From contig CAZLRF010000014.1 in assembly GCA_964561785.1 (NCBI GenBank), forward strand, positions 25,816 to 89,815: DNA of 64,000 nt, read 5' to 3'. The translations under genes were made by a program, and so were the position numbers. Positions 18,917-28,299 of the stretch are shown here, one piece after another. The stretch comes from an uncultured Acidobacteriota bacterium (GTDB taxonomy: Bacteria > Acidobacteriota > Vicinamibacteria > Fen-336). Below the pieces are notes generated by a model. It had not been told where the DNA came from. It made no database searches and worked only from the letters and a program-made list of their open reading frames with translations. Each line of letters opens with the position of its first letter. The first letter of the stretch is position 1.

Positions 18917-19087
18917 ATGCCGATCGACCCGGAGCTCCTCGAGATCCTCGCCTGCCCGGAGTGCAAGACCCCGGTGGAGGTGGTCAAGGACGGCGCCGGC
19001 CTGCGCTGCGCGACCTGCCGTCGGGTCTACCCCGTCCAGGACGACATCCCGGTGATGCTCGTGGACGAGGCGACGATCGAGGAGTAG
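18917..19087 (+). CDS. Trm112/YcaR-family small zinc-ribbon protein (DUF343)
   Basis: 56-aa ORF missing from the ORF table (below its size cutoff): MPIDPELLEILACPECKTPVEVVKDGAGLRCATCRRVYPVQDDIPVMLVDEATIEE, with the hallmark LxxLxCPxCK...L.C..C...YP..DGIP.ML signature. The listed ORF 18855..19055 is the wrong frame. Confidence 0.8.
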   Translation: MPIDPELLEILACPECKTPVEVVKDGAGLRCATCRRVYPVQDDIPVMLVDEATIEE

Positions 19088-19093
19088 CCGCCC

Positions 19094-20419
19094 GTGGGCG
19101 GGCTCGCCCCGCGGCTCGAGCGGGCCCAGCTCGCCCTGCTCGCGGCGCTCGCCGCCGCCGTCCCGGTCTCGATCTTCGCCGCGGAGGCGCTGCTCGGGCT
19201 CTCCCTCGCGGTGCTCGCGGTGCGGCTCATCCGCCGGGAGACCCGTCTCACCGGGACCTCGCTCGACACCCCGCTCGTCGCCCTGGCGGTCTGGACGCTG
19301 CTCTCGGCGTCGTTCGCCCAGGACCCCGCCCGCTCCCACGAGGCGGCCAAGAAGCTCGTCCTGTTCGCGCTGTTCTACCTGGGGGTCGCGGTCCTCGCCC
19401 GCGCGGAGGCGAGGGAGCGGGTGCTCTCGGCCGTGCTGCTCGGGGGCCTCTCGCTCTGCGCGCTCATGGTCCTCCAACGCCACCTCCTCGGCTTCGACGA
19501 GATCAACCGCCGGCCCCCGGGCTTCCTCGGACACTACATGTCCGCCTCGGGCGTCGCCATGGTCGTGCTCGTCCTCGCCGCGGCCCGGATCGCCCTCGCC
19601 CCGCCCTGCCGGCCGCGGCCGCGCGGGCTCTGGGTCGCCGCGCTCGCCCTCGCCGGCGTGGGGGGCGTCGCCGCCGCCACGGCGGCCGGCCACGGCGTGG
19701 GCGCGACGAGGCTGTTCGTGCTCGTTCTCGCCGCGTCCGCGGGCGCGCTCGCGCTCTCGAGGAGCGACGCTTGCCGCGACGCGTGCGCGGCGCTGCCCTG
19801 GCTGGCCGCCCCCCTCGCTGCGTGGGCGCTCGTGGTCGCGCAGACGCGCGGCGCCTGGATCGGCGCGGTCGCGGGGCTGGCGCTCGTCGCCGCGCGCCGC
19901 GCGCCACGCCTCGTCTGGCTTCTGGCGGCCATGGTCGCCGCCCTGGTCCTGGCGCGGCCCGCCGCGCTCGAGTCGCGGCTGACCGTCGGTGACGCGAGCA
20001 GCCGCGACCGCGTCTACATGTGGCAGGCGGGCCTCGACATGGTCCTCGACCGGCCGGTGTTCGGCCAGGGGCCGGGGATGATCCTCCTCGCGTACCCCCG
20101 CTATCGCTGGCCCGAGGCCACGCACCCGCAGCAGCCGCACCTGCACAACAACGTGCTGCAGCTCGCGGCCGAGCGCGGCCTCCCCGGCCTCGCCTTCTTC
20201 GCGTGGTGGGCGGGGGCCGCGGTCCTCGCCGCGTGGAAGGAGGCGCGGCGGGACGACGCGGAGGCGTGGGCAGGGGCGGCCGCGCTCGCCGCGCTCGCCG
20301 CGGTCCTCCTCGCCGGGCTGTTCGAATACAATCTCGGCGACTCCGAGGTCCTGATGCTCGTGCTCCTGCTCACCGCCGTCCCCTTCGCCCTCGCGAAGGG
20401 CCGCCCCGCCTCGGCCTGA
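19094..20419 (+). CDS. O-antigen ligase family membrane protein (Wzy_C domain)
   Basis: 441 aa, about 11 TM helices, large periplasmic loop with ...RDRVYMWQAGLDMVLDRPVFGQGPG...HLHNNVLQLAAERGLPG...; GTG start 7 nt after the Trm112 stop. Confidence 0.8.
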   Translation: MGGLAPRLERAQLALLAALAAAVPVSIFAAEALLGLSLAVLAVRLIRRETRLTGTSLDTPLVALAVWTLLSASFAQDPARSHEAAKKLVLFALFYLGVAVLARAEARERVLSAVLLGGLSLCALMVLQRHLLGFDEINRRPPGFLGHYMSASGVAMVVLVLAAARIALAPPCRPRPRGLWVAALALAGVGGVAAATAAGHGVGATRLFVLVLAASAGALALSRSDACRDACAALPWLAAPLAAWALVVAQTRGAWIGAVAGLALVAARRAPRLVWLLAAMVAALVLARPAALESRLTVGDASSRDRVYMWQAGLDMVLDRPVFGQGPGMILLAYPRYRWPEATHPQQPHLHNNVLQLAAERGLPGLAFFAWWAGAAVLAAWKEARRDDAEAWAGAAALAALAAVLLAGLFEYNLGDSEVLMLVLLLTAVPFALAKGRPASA

Positions 20420-20420
20420 C

Positions 20421-21431
20421 GTGGCGGCCCTGCCTCCCGCCCGCGCCTCTGCCTTGCTCCGTTCGATGCGGGGCCGCCGCGTGCTCGTTCTCGGCGACGT
20501 GATGCTCGACGAGTTCGTGTGGGGAGACGTCTCGCGCATCTCGCCCGAGGCGCCCGTGCCCGTCGTGCGCGTGACGAGGCAGAGCTTCCACGTCGGGGGC
20601 GCGGGCAACGTCGCGGCCGGCGTCCGCGCCCTCGGCGGCGAGGCGGCGCTGGTGGGCGCGGTGGGAGCGGACGAAGCCGGCGCGCGGGTGAGGGTCGCTC
20701 TCGATTCGGCCGGGGTCGTGCCCCGCCTCGTGGACCTGCCGCCGGGCCGCCCGACCACGGTCAAGACGCGCATCGTGGCCCACGGGCAGCAGGTCGTCCG
20801 GGCCGATCGAGAGGACGCGAGCGACGTGCCGCGGGCGGTGGAGGAGGAGATGCTCGCGGCCTTCCGGGAGGAGCTGCCCCGGTGCCAGGCGGTCGTCGTC
20901 TCCGACTACCAGAAGGGGGTGGCGACCGCCCGGGTGCTGCGCCGCGCCCTGCCCCTCGCGCGGCGGCGTGGCGTGAACGTCCTCGTGGACCCGAAGGTGC
21001 GGCACTTCCGCCTCTACCGGGGAGCGAGCGTCGTCACCCCGAACCAGCTCGAGGCCGAGCAGGCGACCGGGCTTCCGATCCGCTCCGAGGGGGACCTCGC
21101 CGCCGCGGGACGGCGCATCCTCACGCGTCTCGCGTGCCGCGCGGTCCTCGTGACCCGCGGGGAGCACGGGATGACCCTCTTCGAGCGAGGCCTTGCGCCG
21201 CTGCACGTCCCGACCGCGGCCCGCGAGGTCTTCGACGTGACCGGGGCCGGCGACACGGTCATCGCGACGATGGCCCTGGCGCTCGCGGCCGGCGCCTCGC
21301 TTCCCGAGGCGGCCGTCCTCGCCAACACGGCGGCGGGCGTCGTCGTCGGGAAGGTCGGCACCGCCCAGGCGACACCCGCGGAAGTGCTCGCAGCGGCGCG
21401 CCTCGGGACGCGCCGCCGCTCGCGGGCCTGA
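20421..21431 (+). CDS. D-glycero-beta-D-manno-heptose-7-phosphate kinase-like sugar kinase (PfkB/ribokinase family, RfaE domain I)
   Basis: 336 aa; VLVLGDVMLDEFVWGDVSRISPEAPVPVV...GGAGNVA... and the C-terminal DVTGAGD anion-hole motif; sits beside the O-antigen ligase. Confidence 0.8.
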   Translation: MAALPPARASALLRSMRGRRVLVLGDVMLDEFVWGDVSRISPEAPVPVVRVTRQSFHVGGAGNVAAGVRALGGEAALVGAVGADEAGARVRVALDSAGVVPRLVDLPPGRPTTVKTRIVAHGQQVVRADREDASDVPRAVEEEMLAAFREELPRCQAVVVSDYQKGVATARVLRRALPLARRRGVNVLVDPKVRHFRLYRGASVVTPNQLEAEQATGLPIRSEGDLAAAGRRILTRLACRAVLVTRGEHGMTLFERGLAPLHVPTAAREVFDVTGAGDTVIATMALALAAGASLPEAAVLANTAAGVVVGKVGTAQATPAEVLAAARLGTRRRSRA

Positions 21432-21440
21432 GCCGGAGGC

Positions 21441-21935
21441 TCAGTCGGGGAGAGGATGGGCTCCCCGGCGCGCGGCCCGCGGGCCGCGACGGCCCGCGCC
21501 CATCGTTCGGCGCGCCGCCTCGAACGCCGCGAGCTTCTCCTTCTGCTCGGGGGTGAGAAGCCCCTCCAGCCGGGCGCGGAAGGCCTCGTTCTGCTCCTTC
21601 GCCTTGCGCCGGTGCGCGTCGAGGGCGAGCGTGGCCTCGCCCACGGCCGTGGGGTCGGGGCTCGCGGCGGAGAGCGCCTCGCGCAGCCGCTGCCGCAGGG
21701 CGCGCCCTTCCTCGTAGAGCGGCTTCATCTCCTGCCGGCGCTGCTCCTGGAGGCCTCGCCAGGCCTCCTTCTGCTGGTCGCTCAGCCCCAGGAACTCGAC
21801 GAGCGCCGCCACGCGCCTCTCGAGCCGCGGCGCCCCTCCCCCCTCGCCGGGGGCGGGGGGCTCCGCACCGGCCAGGGCAGCCGCCGTGACCAACGCCACC
21901 GCTCCTGCCGTCGCGAACCCTCGGCTTCTCGCCAT
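21441..21935 (-). CDS. Periplasmic Spy/CpxP-family (LTxxQ) stress chaperone
   Basis: Start [23 protein letters not shown] (signal peptide), preceded by a GGAAGGAGAAG Shine-Dalgarno; LTxxQ-type repeats ([15 protein letters not shown]..., [13 protein letters not shown]). The upstream 38 codons of ORF 21441..22049 were not used. Confidence 0.7.
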   Translation of the reverse strand: MARSRGFATAGAVALVTAAALAGAEPPAPGEGGGAPRLERRVAALVEFLGLSDQQKEAWRGLQEQRRQEMKPLYEEGRALRQRLREALSAASPDPTAVGEATLALDAHRRKAKEQNEAFRARLEGLLTPEQKEKLAAFEAARRTMGAGRRGPRAARRGAHPLPD

Positions 21936-22026
21936 AGTCTTCTTCTCCTTCCCCCGATCCCTTGGAACGGGCGAGGGGGGCGAGGGTTTAACATGCCCCG
22001 CGCGGAGGTCCCGAAAGACGCCCTTG

Positions 22027-23526
22027 GGATGGCTGGCCCTGCTGTTCACGCCGCTCGTCGTTCTTTCCGGGGCGCACGAGCTCTTCCTGCGGAACCAGGC
22101 GGAGCTCGACCGGACGGTGGCGGTGCTCCACCCGTTCTGGCTGGGGGCGGTGGTCGCGGTCCTGGCCGCCGCCGGGACCCGCGCCGCGGGGGCCGCGCTC
22201 CCCGCCCGCGCCGCGCTGTGGGCCTACCACGTGGCGGGCTTCGCCTTCCTCGCGTGGAGCTTCCTCCGGGCCCTGCCCCTCGCCGACCACCTCGCGCTGT
22301 GGACGCTCGACACCGCCGCGGGCAGCCTCGCATTCGCCGGCGCCGCCGTCGCGGCTTGGGTCACGCTGGTGCGGCGCGTCGCTCCCCGGTCGGCCGAGCC
22401 GTTCCTCGCCGCGCTCGCCCTCGTGCTCGCGGCGCGCGAGGCCCACGCGCTCGCGACGCGGCTCGACCGGGCGGAGCCGCCGGTCCCCCGCGACCTCGGC
22501 GCGGAGCTCAGGGACCGGCCGGCCGTGGACCGGCCGAACGTCTACCACGTGATCCTCGACGCCTTCCAGGACGAGCTGTTCGAGCCCTCCTCGCCTTCGC
22601 CCTGGAACGGCTTCGTGCGCTTCCACGCCGCGGCGCCGGGCCGGGCCACGGTCGTGGTCCTGCCGACGATCTTCACCGGGCGCGACCCTCGGGCGGGAAA
22701 GCCGGCGGAGCGGGTTCGCGAGGGGCTCGCGGGCGAGACGAGCCTGCTGGTGGCGCTGCGCCGCGCCGGCTACGTCACGGTCGGGGTGGTCCCCCGCTAC
22801 CTGTACGCGGACCACCCGGACGCTCTCGATACCGTCGTCTTCCACGACGAGAACGCGCGACCGGACGACCTGCGCGCCCTGCACCGCTCCCTCTTCGCCC
22901 GCCTGTTCGCCTGGCGGGCGCTGCCCGCGGCGGCGGTCCGCGCGCTCGCCCGGCGGGGAGCGCTCGGCCTCGAGGCGGACTTCGTGCGCTCGGCCGAGGC
23001 GCTACGCATCTCGACCGATGCGCAGCCGGTGGCCTCCCGTCTCAGCCTCGAGCGCCTCCTCGAGCAGGAGCCGGGCCTGCCCGGCCGCGGGCGCTACACG
23101 CTCGTGCACGCGCTGCTCCCTCACAACCCGTACCTGCTCCGCGCCGACTGCTCCTACACGCCGGGGGCGCCCCCCACGGACCTCGGCCGGCAGACGACCT
23201 GCACGCTGGGGCTCGTGGAGCGCTTGCTCTCCGTGCTCGACGGCCTGGGACGCCTCGACGGCTCGGTTGTCCTCGTCCACGGGGACCATGGCTCGGGCGA
23301 AGTGCCGCGGGAGGGTGGGCTCGTGGCCGAAGAGGCGGCCTACTTCCGGACCGTCCTGCTCGTGAAGCCGGCGGGGGCGCAAGGGCCGCTGCGCGTCTCG
23401 GCGGGGCCGGCTCGACTCGCCGACGTGGCGCCGACGCTGCTCGCCCTGCTCGGCCTGCCGCCCCCGGCCCCGGCCGACGGGCGCCCCCTGCCCGGCCTCA
23501 GTGCCGGAAGTGCCGGACGCCCGTGA
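22027..23526 (+). CDS. Sulfatase-like / alkaline-phosphatase-superfamily membrane transferase (LTA-synthase or phosphoethanolamine-transferase-like)
   Basis: Probable TTG start ([16 protein letters not shown]...); five N-terminal TM helices, then a sulfatase fold ([10 protein letters not shown]..., ...[11 protein letters not shown]..., [11 protein letters not shown]). Lies in the LPS-modification patch. The first 47 codons of ORF 21886..23526 overlap the Spy-like gene and are unlikely to be coding. Confidence 0.65.
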   Translation, partial: GWLALLFTPLVVLSGAHELFLRNQAELDRTVAVLHPFWLGAVVAVLAAAGTRAAGAALPARAALWAYHVAGFAFLAWSFLRALPLADHLALWTLDTAAGSLAFAGAAVAAWVTLVRRVAPRSAEPFLAALALVLAAREAHALATRLDRAEPPVPRDLGAELRDRPAVDRPNVYHVILDAFQDELFEPSSPSPWNGFVRFHAAAPGRATVVVLPTIFTGRDPRAGKPAERVREGLAGETSLLVALRRAGYVTVGVVPRYLYADHPDALDTVVFHDENARPDDLRALHRSLFARLFAWRALPAAAVRALARRGALGLEADFVRSAEALRISTDAQPVASRLSLERLLEQEPGLPGRGRYTLVHALLPHNPYLLRADCSYTPGAPPTDLGRQTTCTLGLVERLLSVLDGLGRLDGSVVLVHGDHGSGEVPREGGLVAEEAAYFRTVLLVKPAGAQGPLRVSAGPARLADVAPTLLALLGLPPPAPADGRPLPGLSAGSAGRP

Positions 23527-25066
23527 AGACCATCGCGAGGTCGTGCTCGTCGGCGGCGGCGATCGTCTCCTCGTCGCGCACGGACCCGCCGGGCTGGATG
23601 ATCGCCGTCGCCCCCGTCTTCGCGATCTCGTCGATCCCGTCGCGGAACGGGAAGAAGGCGTCGGAGGCGACCACCGTCCCCGCGAGGGGGAGGACGGCCT
23701 TCTGGGCCGCGATGCGGGCGGAGTCGACCCGGCTCATCTGGCCCGCGCCCACCCCGACCGTCTGCACCGCGTTCGCGTAGACGATCGCGTTCGACTTGAC
23801 GTGCTTGACGACCGTCCACGCGAACAGGAGCGCCCGCCACTCCTCCTCGGAGGGGGCGCGCTTCGTGACGACCTCGCAGCGGTCCCGCTCGAGCCGGTGC
23901 AGGTCCCACTGCTGGGCGAGCAGGCCCCCCATGACCCGGCGCAGGTCGAAGCCGCTCACCTTGTGGATGCCGGTGGTGTCCATGCTCATGACCCGCAGGC
24001 TCGCCTTCTTGCCGAGCACCTCGAGGGCCCCGGCGGCGAAGCCGGGGGCGATCACCGCCTCCACGAACTGGCCGGTGACCTTCTTCGCGGTCGCGGCGTC
24101 GACCTTCTCGTTGAAGGCGATGATCCCGCCGAACGCCGAGGTCGGGTCGCAGGCCCACGCGCGCTCGTAGGCCTCGAGCGGGCCCTGGCCGAGGCCGGTG
24201 CCGCAGGGGTTCGTGTGCTTGACGATCACGCACGCGGGAAGCTCGAGCTCGGTCGCGAGGCGCCAGGCCGCGTCGAGGTCGAGGATGTTGTTGAACGAGA
24301 GCTCCTTGCCCTGCATCTTGCGGGCGGCGGCGACCGAGTACAAGGTCGAGCCGAGGTCGCTGTAGAAGGCGGCACGCTGGTGCGGGTTCTCGCCGTAGCG
24401 CAGGTCGTGCACCTTCTCGAACGAGAGGCTCAGCCGGTACGGGAAGGTCTCGTCGGCCTCGGCCGGGACGTAGGCCCCCTCGCGCTCCTCGACCTGGGAG
24501 AAGTAGGCGGCGATCGCCGCCTCGTAGCGCCCGGTGTGCCGGAAGGCCTTCTGGGCGAGGTAGAGGCGGGTGGCGGCGTCGATCCCGCCCTCCCGGTCGA
24601 GCTGCTCGAGCAGGAGGCCGTAGTCGGCGGGGTCGACGACGACCGCCACGTGGCGGAAGTTCTTGGCCGCGGCCCGGACCATGGTGGGCCCGCCGATGTC
24701 CACGTTCTCGACCGCCTCGTCGAACGGGCAGCCCTTCGCCACCTTGTCCTCGAACGGGTAGAGGTTCACCACCACCACGTCCACGGGGGCGATCCCCTGC
24801 GCCTCGAGGGCGGCGAGGTGCTCGGGCACGTCGCGGCGGGCGAGGATCCCCGCGTGCAGGCCCGGGTGCAGCGTCTTCACTCGCCCGTCGAGGATCTCGG
24901 GGAAGCCGGTGGCCTTCGAGACGGGCGCCGCCGCGACGCCCGCACCCTCGAGCTCGGCGAGGGTCCCGCCGGTCGAGAGGATCTCGAAGCCGCGCGCCGC
25001 GAGTCCGCGCGCGAGCTCCACGATCCCGTCCTTGCGGTACACGGACAGAAGGGCTCTTCTCGTCAT
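23498..25066 (-). CDS. purH: Bifunctional AICAR transformylase / IMP cyclohydrolase
   Basis: Internal start [35 protein letters not shown]... (MGS-like domain), then the AICARFT domain; 522 aa. The N-terminal 97 codons of ORF 23498..25357 are Arg/Pro junk. Confidence 0.92.
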   Translation of the reverse strand: MTRRALLSVYRKDGIVELARGLAARGFEILSTGGTLAELEGAGVAAAPVSKATGFPEILDGRVKTLHPGLHAGILARRDVPEHLAALEAQGIAPVDVVVVNLYPFEDKVAKGCPFDEAVENVDIGGPTMVRAAAKNFRHVAVVVDPADYGLLLEQLDREGGIDAATRLYLAQKAFRHTGRYEAAIAAYFSQVEEREGAYVPAEADETFPYRLSLSFEKVHDLRYGENPHQRAAFYSDLGSTLYSVAAARKMQGKELSFNNILDLDAAWRLATELELPACVIVKHTNPCGTGLGQGPLEAYERAWACDPTSAFGGIIAFNEKVDAATAKKVTGQFVEAVIAPGFAAGALEVLGKKASLRVMSMDTTGIHKVSGFDLRRVMGGLLAQQWDLHRLERDRCEVVTKRAPSEEEWRALLFAWTVVKHVKSNAIVYANAVQTVGVGAGQMSRVDSARIAAQKAVLPLAGTVVASDAFFPFRDGIDEIAKTGATAIIQPGGSVRDEETIAAADEHDLAMVFTGVRHFRH

Positions 25067-25863
25067 GGGTTCTCCGGTGGGGGGGTGCGGCGGTCCTCGG
25101 CGAGGGCGCCGGGCGGCCCCTGCGGGGCCACCTCGCGGGCGCGGGGCTTCTTCGTCAGGTCCCCGCCCGCCTCGCGCCAGACGGCGAGCCAGGTCGCGGC
25201 GGTCGCGGTGACGGCGCGGGAGTAGGCGAGAGAGGCGACGCCCCAGGCCGGCGAGCGGTAGTCGAGCTGCCGGTGGTCCACGACCCGCCCGCCGCGGACG
25301 AGCTCCCCGCGCACGATCCCGACCTGGTCCCGGCTGCGGTCGAGCAGCGACTGCCACAGGCGGGGCAGGTCCTTTCGGGAGATCTCGAGCGACGCGGGGT
25401 CGTCGAGCACCACCGGCATGCGGTGGAGGTTGGCCTGGAACAGGGCGTAGTACTCGCGGGTGAGGCCGGCCGGCCAGCCCTCCGGCCCCACGGCGAGCAC
25501 GGGGTCGGACAGGTCGGCGGGAATGCGCATCAGGCCGCCGAGGCGCACGAGGCCCAGGCTGATCTGGCCCTCGCGCAGCAGCTCGACCACGCGGTCGGCC
25601 TGCGCCTCCAGCGCGCGCAGGGTCTCGGGGGAGAGCTCTCCCGTGGGCAGGTCGCGGGCCAGGGCGCGGGAGAGGTCGGGGGGGAAGCGCTGGAGCTCGT
25701 CCTTCACCTGCACCTCGCGCTCTCCGAGGAGCCGGGAGAGCGAGCGCGGGAGGAGCTTGCGCGCGTCGCGGAACAGGGCGGTCGTGGTCTCCGCCGGCCA
25801 GGCCGCGGCGCCGGCGGGCCAGGCGGCGAGGAGGGCGGCGGCGAGGGCGAGCGGTCGCCTCAC
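25063..25863 (-). CDS. Secreted hypothetical protein
   Basis: 266 aa, signal peptide MRRPLALAAALLAAWPAGAAAWP, normal composition, ATGA-type 4-nt overlap with the purH start. Confidence 0.6.
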   Translation of the reverse strand: MRRPLALAAALLAAWPAGAAAWPAETTTALFRDARKLLPRSLSRLLGEREVQVKDELQRFPPDLSRALARDLPTGELSPETLRALEAQADRVVELLREGQISLGLVRLGGLMRIPADLSDPVLAVGPEGWPAGLTREYYALFQANLHRMPVVLDDPASLEISRKDLPRLWQSLLDRSRDQVGIVRGELVRGGRVVDHRQLDYRSPAWGVASLAYSRAVTATAATWLAVWREAGGDLTKKPRAREVAPQGPPGALAEDRRTPPPENP

Positions 25864-26492
25864 TTCACGATCCGCGCCTTGAGCGAGACCTTGCCGTCCT
25901 TCGTCTCGAGCCGGAAGTCCACCGCGGCCGCGCCCTTCTCCTGGCGGATGCGCTCGGTCTGCTTCGCGATGAGCTCGCGGAAGGACTCGAAGGCGGGGGC
26001 GCCCGCCTCACCCGCCCGCTGCCGCTCGGCCACGAAGCGCTCGTAGAGCGCCCGCACCGAGGAGACGTCGCGCCCGGCGTCGGTGACCCGGAACTCGCCG
26101 GCCGGGGCGCCGGCGGGCGGGCGCGGGGCGGGGGGCGGCGGGGGCGGGGGCAGCTGCTCGGCCCGCAGCCCGTGCATGCCGAACGCCCGGCCCTCCTCCC
26201 GCGCCCGCAGCTTCTTCTGCCACAGCTCGTTGAACGTCGAGAACCGGGCGCACAGGCTCTGGTAGCGGAAGCGGTCCCCGTTGTTGCGGATCTCCGCGTT
26301 GGCGTAGCGCCTCACGAGCTGCTCGACCTGGCCCTGGAGATCGGCGGGCGGCTTCTTCTCCGCCCCGTTGAAGAAGAGGTCCCACTTCACCTGCAGCTGC
26401 CGGATCGAGACGTCGAGCCGGTCGAGGTCGTCGGCGAGTCCCACGGGTCCTAGGCCTCCCCGGACACGAAGATCCAGAACAGCGGCAGCCAC
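25860..26492 (-). CDS. Hypothetical protein with internal poly-Pro linker
   Basis: 210 aa; two helical modules separated by PPPPPPPAPRPPAGAPAG; 4-nt overlap with the downstream gene. The start may be the GTG at about 26444 because 26492 overlaps the upstream ORF. Confidence 0.5.
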   Translation of the reverse strand: MAAAVLDLRVRGGLGPVGLADDLDRLDVSIRQLQVKWDLFFNGAEKKPPADLQGQVEQLVRRYANAEIRNNGDRFRYQSLCARFSTFNELWQKKLRAREEGRAFGMHGLRAEQLPPPPPPPAPRPPAGAPAGEFRVTDAGRDVSSVRALYERFVAERQRAGEAGAPAFESFRELIAKQTERIRQEKGAAAVDFRLETKDGKVSLKARIVK

Positions 26493-26875
26493 AGCTCGTG
26501 CGCGTAGGGCACCTTGCGGCCGTCCACGAGGACCTCGGTCCCCGGCCGGTCCTTCACGATCTCGAAGAGGTCACGCAGCACGCGCGCGTCCCCCGCGTCG
26601 AAGGCGGCATGGTGAACGGCGCCGTCGCGCCCCTTCTCCTCCCGGTAGACGGGGGAGCGCCGGGCGAGCGCCGCCGCCCGCTCGCCCTGGGGGCCAAAGA
26701 ACGCGGCGAAGCGCAGCCCGATGCGGAACGGCCGCGGGCGGCGCCCCGGGTAGAGAAGGTCGGCCATCTCGTCCGAGAGGTGAGAGATGTCCGACTCCTC
26801 CTTGGGGACCACGCGGGGCAGGCGGTCCGCGAAGTCCGGGGGGCGCTCCCGACCCATAGGCGGCGAGGATACCAC
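26450..26875 (-). CDS. Hypothetical protein
   Basis: 141 aa, ordinary composition (…FRIGLRFAAFFGPQGERAAALARRSPVYREEKGRDGAVHHAAFDAGDARVLRDLFEIVKDRPGTEVLVDGRKVPYAHELWLPLFWIF); first gene of an apparent four-gene minus-strand operon ending in purH. Confidence 0.5.
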   Translation of the reverse strand: MVSSPPMGRERPPDFADRLPRVVPKEESDISHLSDEMADLLYPGRRPRPFRIGLRFAAFFGPQGERAAALARRSPVYREEKGRDGAVHHAAFDAGDARVLRDLFEIVKDRPGTEVLVDGRKVPYAHELWLPLFWIFVSGEA

Positions 26876-26892
26876 GCGGCTCCCCGTGTATA

Positions 26893-28299
26893 TTGCGAGG
26901 GATGCCTTCCGCGACCGGCACCGACGCGCGCCGACTCCTCCCCTCCGTGGACCAGGCGCTCCTGCGACCCGAGGTGAGGGAGCTCGTGGTCGCGCACGGG
27001 CGCGCGGCGGTCGTGCTCGCGCTGCGGGCCGCGCTCGAGGCGCTGCGGGAGCGCGCCTCCGCCTCCCCCGCCGGCCTCGAGGGGGCGCTCGCCGAGCTGG
27101 GCGCCGACGTCCGGGCCCGCCTCCTCGCCGCCGCCCGTCCGTCGCTGCGCCGGGTGATCAACGCCACCGGCGTCGTCGTCCACACGAACCTGGGCCGCGC
27201 CCCGCTCTCGCCGGAGGCCGCGGCCCGCGTGGCCGAGGTGGCCTCCTCCTACTCGAACCTCGAGTACGACCTCGAGCGGGGACGACGGGGCGACCGGGAG
27301 GCCCACGCGGAGAGGCGGCTTCGCGAGCTGCTCGGCGTCGAGGCCACGGTCGTGGTCAACAACTGCGCGGCCGCGGTCCTGCTCGCGGTGAACACCCTCG
27401 CGGAGGGGCGAGAGGTCCTCGTGAGCCGGGGGGAGCTCGTCGAGATCGGGGGGTCCTTCCGCATCCCGGACGTCCTGTGCAAGGGCGGGGCACGGCTGCG
27501 CGAGGTGGGCACCACCAACCGGACGCGCCTCGCGGACTACCGCGCCGCGCTCTCGGACCAGACGGGGATGATCCTGAAGGTCCACCCGAGCAACTTCCGC
27601 ATCGTGGGCTTCACCGAGCAGCCGTCCGACGAAGAGCTCTCGGCCCTCGCGCGGGAGGCGGGCGTGCCCCTCGTCGAGGACCAGGGGAGCGGCCTCTTCG
27701 ATCCGCTCCCCGGCCCCCTCGCCGCGGAGGCGACCGTGAGGCAGGCCCTGCGCGGCGGGGCCGACGCCTTGACCTTCTCGGGGGACAAGCTCCTCGGGGG
27801 GCCGCAGGCCGGGCTCGTGGCCGGACGGGAGGCGATCGTCGCCCGCATGCGCAAGAACCCGCTCTACCGGGCGCTGCGGGTCGACAAGATGACGCTCGCC
27901 GCCCTCGACGCGACGCTCGTCGAGCACGAGGCGGGCCGGGCGGGCGAGCGGGTGCCGGTGCTGCGGATGCTCCACGCCCCGCTCGACACGGTGCGCGCGC
28001 GAGCGGCGGCCTTCGCCCGCGCCCTCGAGGCGGAGGCGCCCGCCCTGCGGCCGACGCTGCAGGACGCGGAGTCCGCGGTGGGGGGGGGGGCCTCGCCGCA
28101 GGTCGGCGTCCCCACCGTGCTGGTGGCCCTCGACGCCTCTCCCGCGGGCCCCGACCGCCTGGCCGCCGCCCTGCGCCGCGGCGAGCCGCCGGTCGTCGTG
28201 CGCGTGGCGGAGGACCGCGTCCTCCTCGACCTCAGAACCGTGCTCCCGGACGAGGAACGCCTGCTCCTCGCCGCCCTCGCGGCCCCCGGGCGGGGATGA
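26893..28299 (+). CDS. selA: L-seryl-tRNA(Sec) selenium transferase
   Basis: 468 aa; ...RVINATGVVVHTNLGRAPLS..., PLP-lysine region FSGDKLLGGPQAGLVAG; typical SelA length. Confidence 0.9.
   Translation: MRGMPSATGTDARRLLPSVDQALLRPEVRELVVAHGRAAVVLALRAALEALRERASASPAGLEGALAELGADVRARLLAAARPSLRRVINATGVVVHTNLGRAPLSPEAAARVAEVASSYSNLEYDLERGRRGDREAHAERRLRELLGVEATVVVNNCAAAVLLAVNTLAEGREVLVSRGELVEIGGSFRIPDVLCKGGARLREVGTTNRTRLADYRAALSDQTGMILKVHPSNFRIVGFTEQPSDEELSALAREAGVPLVEDQGSGLFDPLPGPLAAEATVRQALRGGADALTFSGDKLLGGPQAGLVAGREAIVARMRKNPLYRALRVDKMTLAALDATLVEHEAGRAGERVPVLRMLHAPLDTVRARAAAFARALEAEAPALRPTLQDAESAVGGGASPQVGVPTVLVALDASPAGPDRLAAALRRGEPPVVVRVAEDRVLLDLRTVLPDEERLLLAALAAPGRG

Noticed and set aside
18855-19055. 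66-aa ORF listed in the table
   Set aside because: Wrong frame. The Trm112-like 56-aa ORF (18917..19087) in the adjacent frame has the conserved Cys-pair zinc-ribbon signature, while this one is Arg/Ser-rich.
18779-20773. N-terminal 665 aa of ORF 18380..20773, and ORFs 19027..19350, 19503..19932
   Set aside because: Antisense to the O-antigen ligase and sugar kinase. Only the C-terminal 132 codons (SpoVG-like) look coding.
21456-23780. 774-aa ORF 21456..23780 (+) and 21988..22884 (-), 23002..23382 (-), 23340..24233 (-), 23501..25225 (+)
   Set aside because: Alternate frames of the Spy-like, sulfatase-like and purH genes; Arg/Gly-rich.
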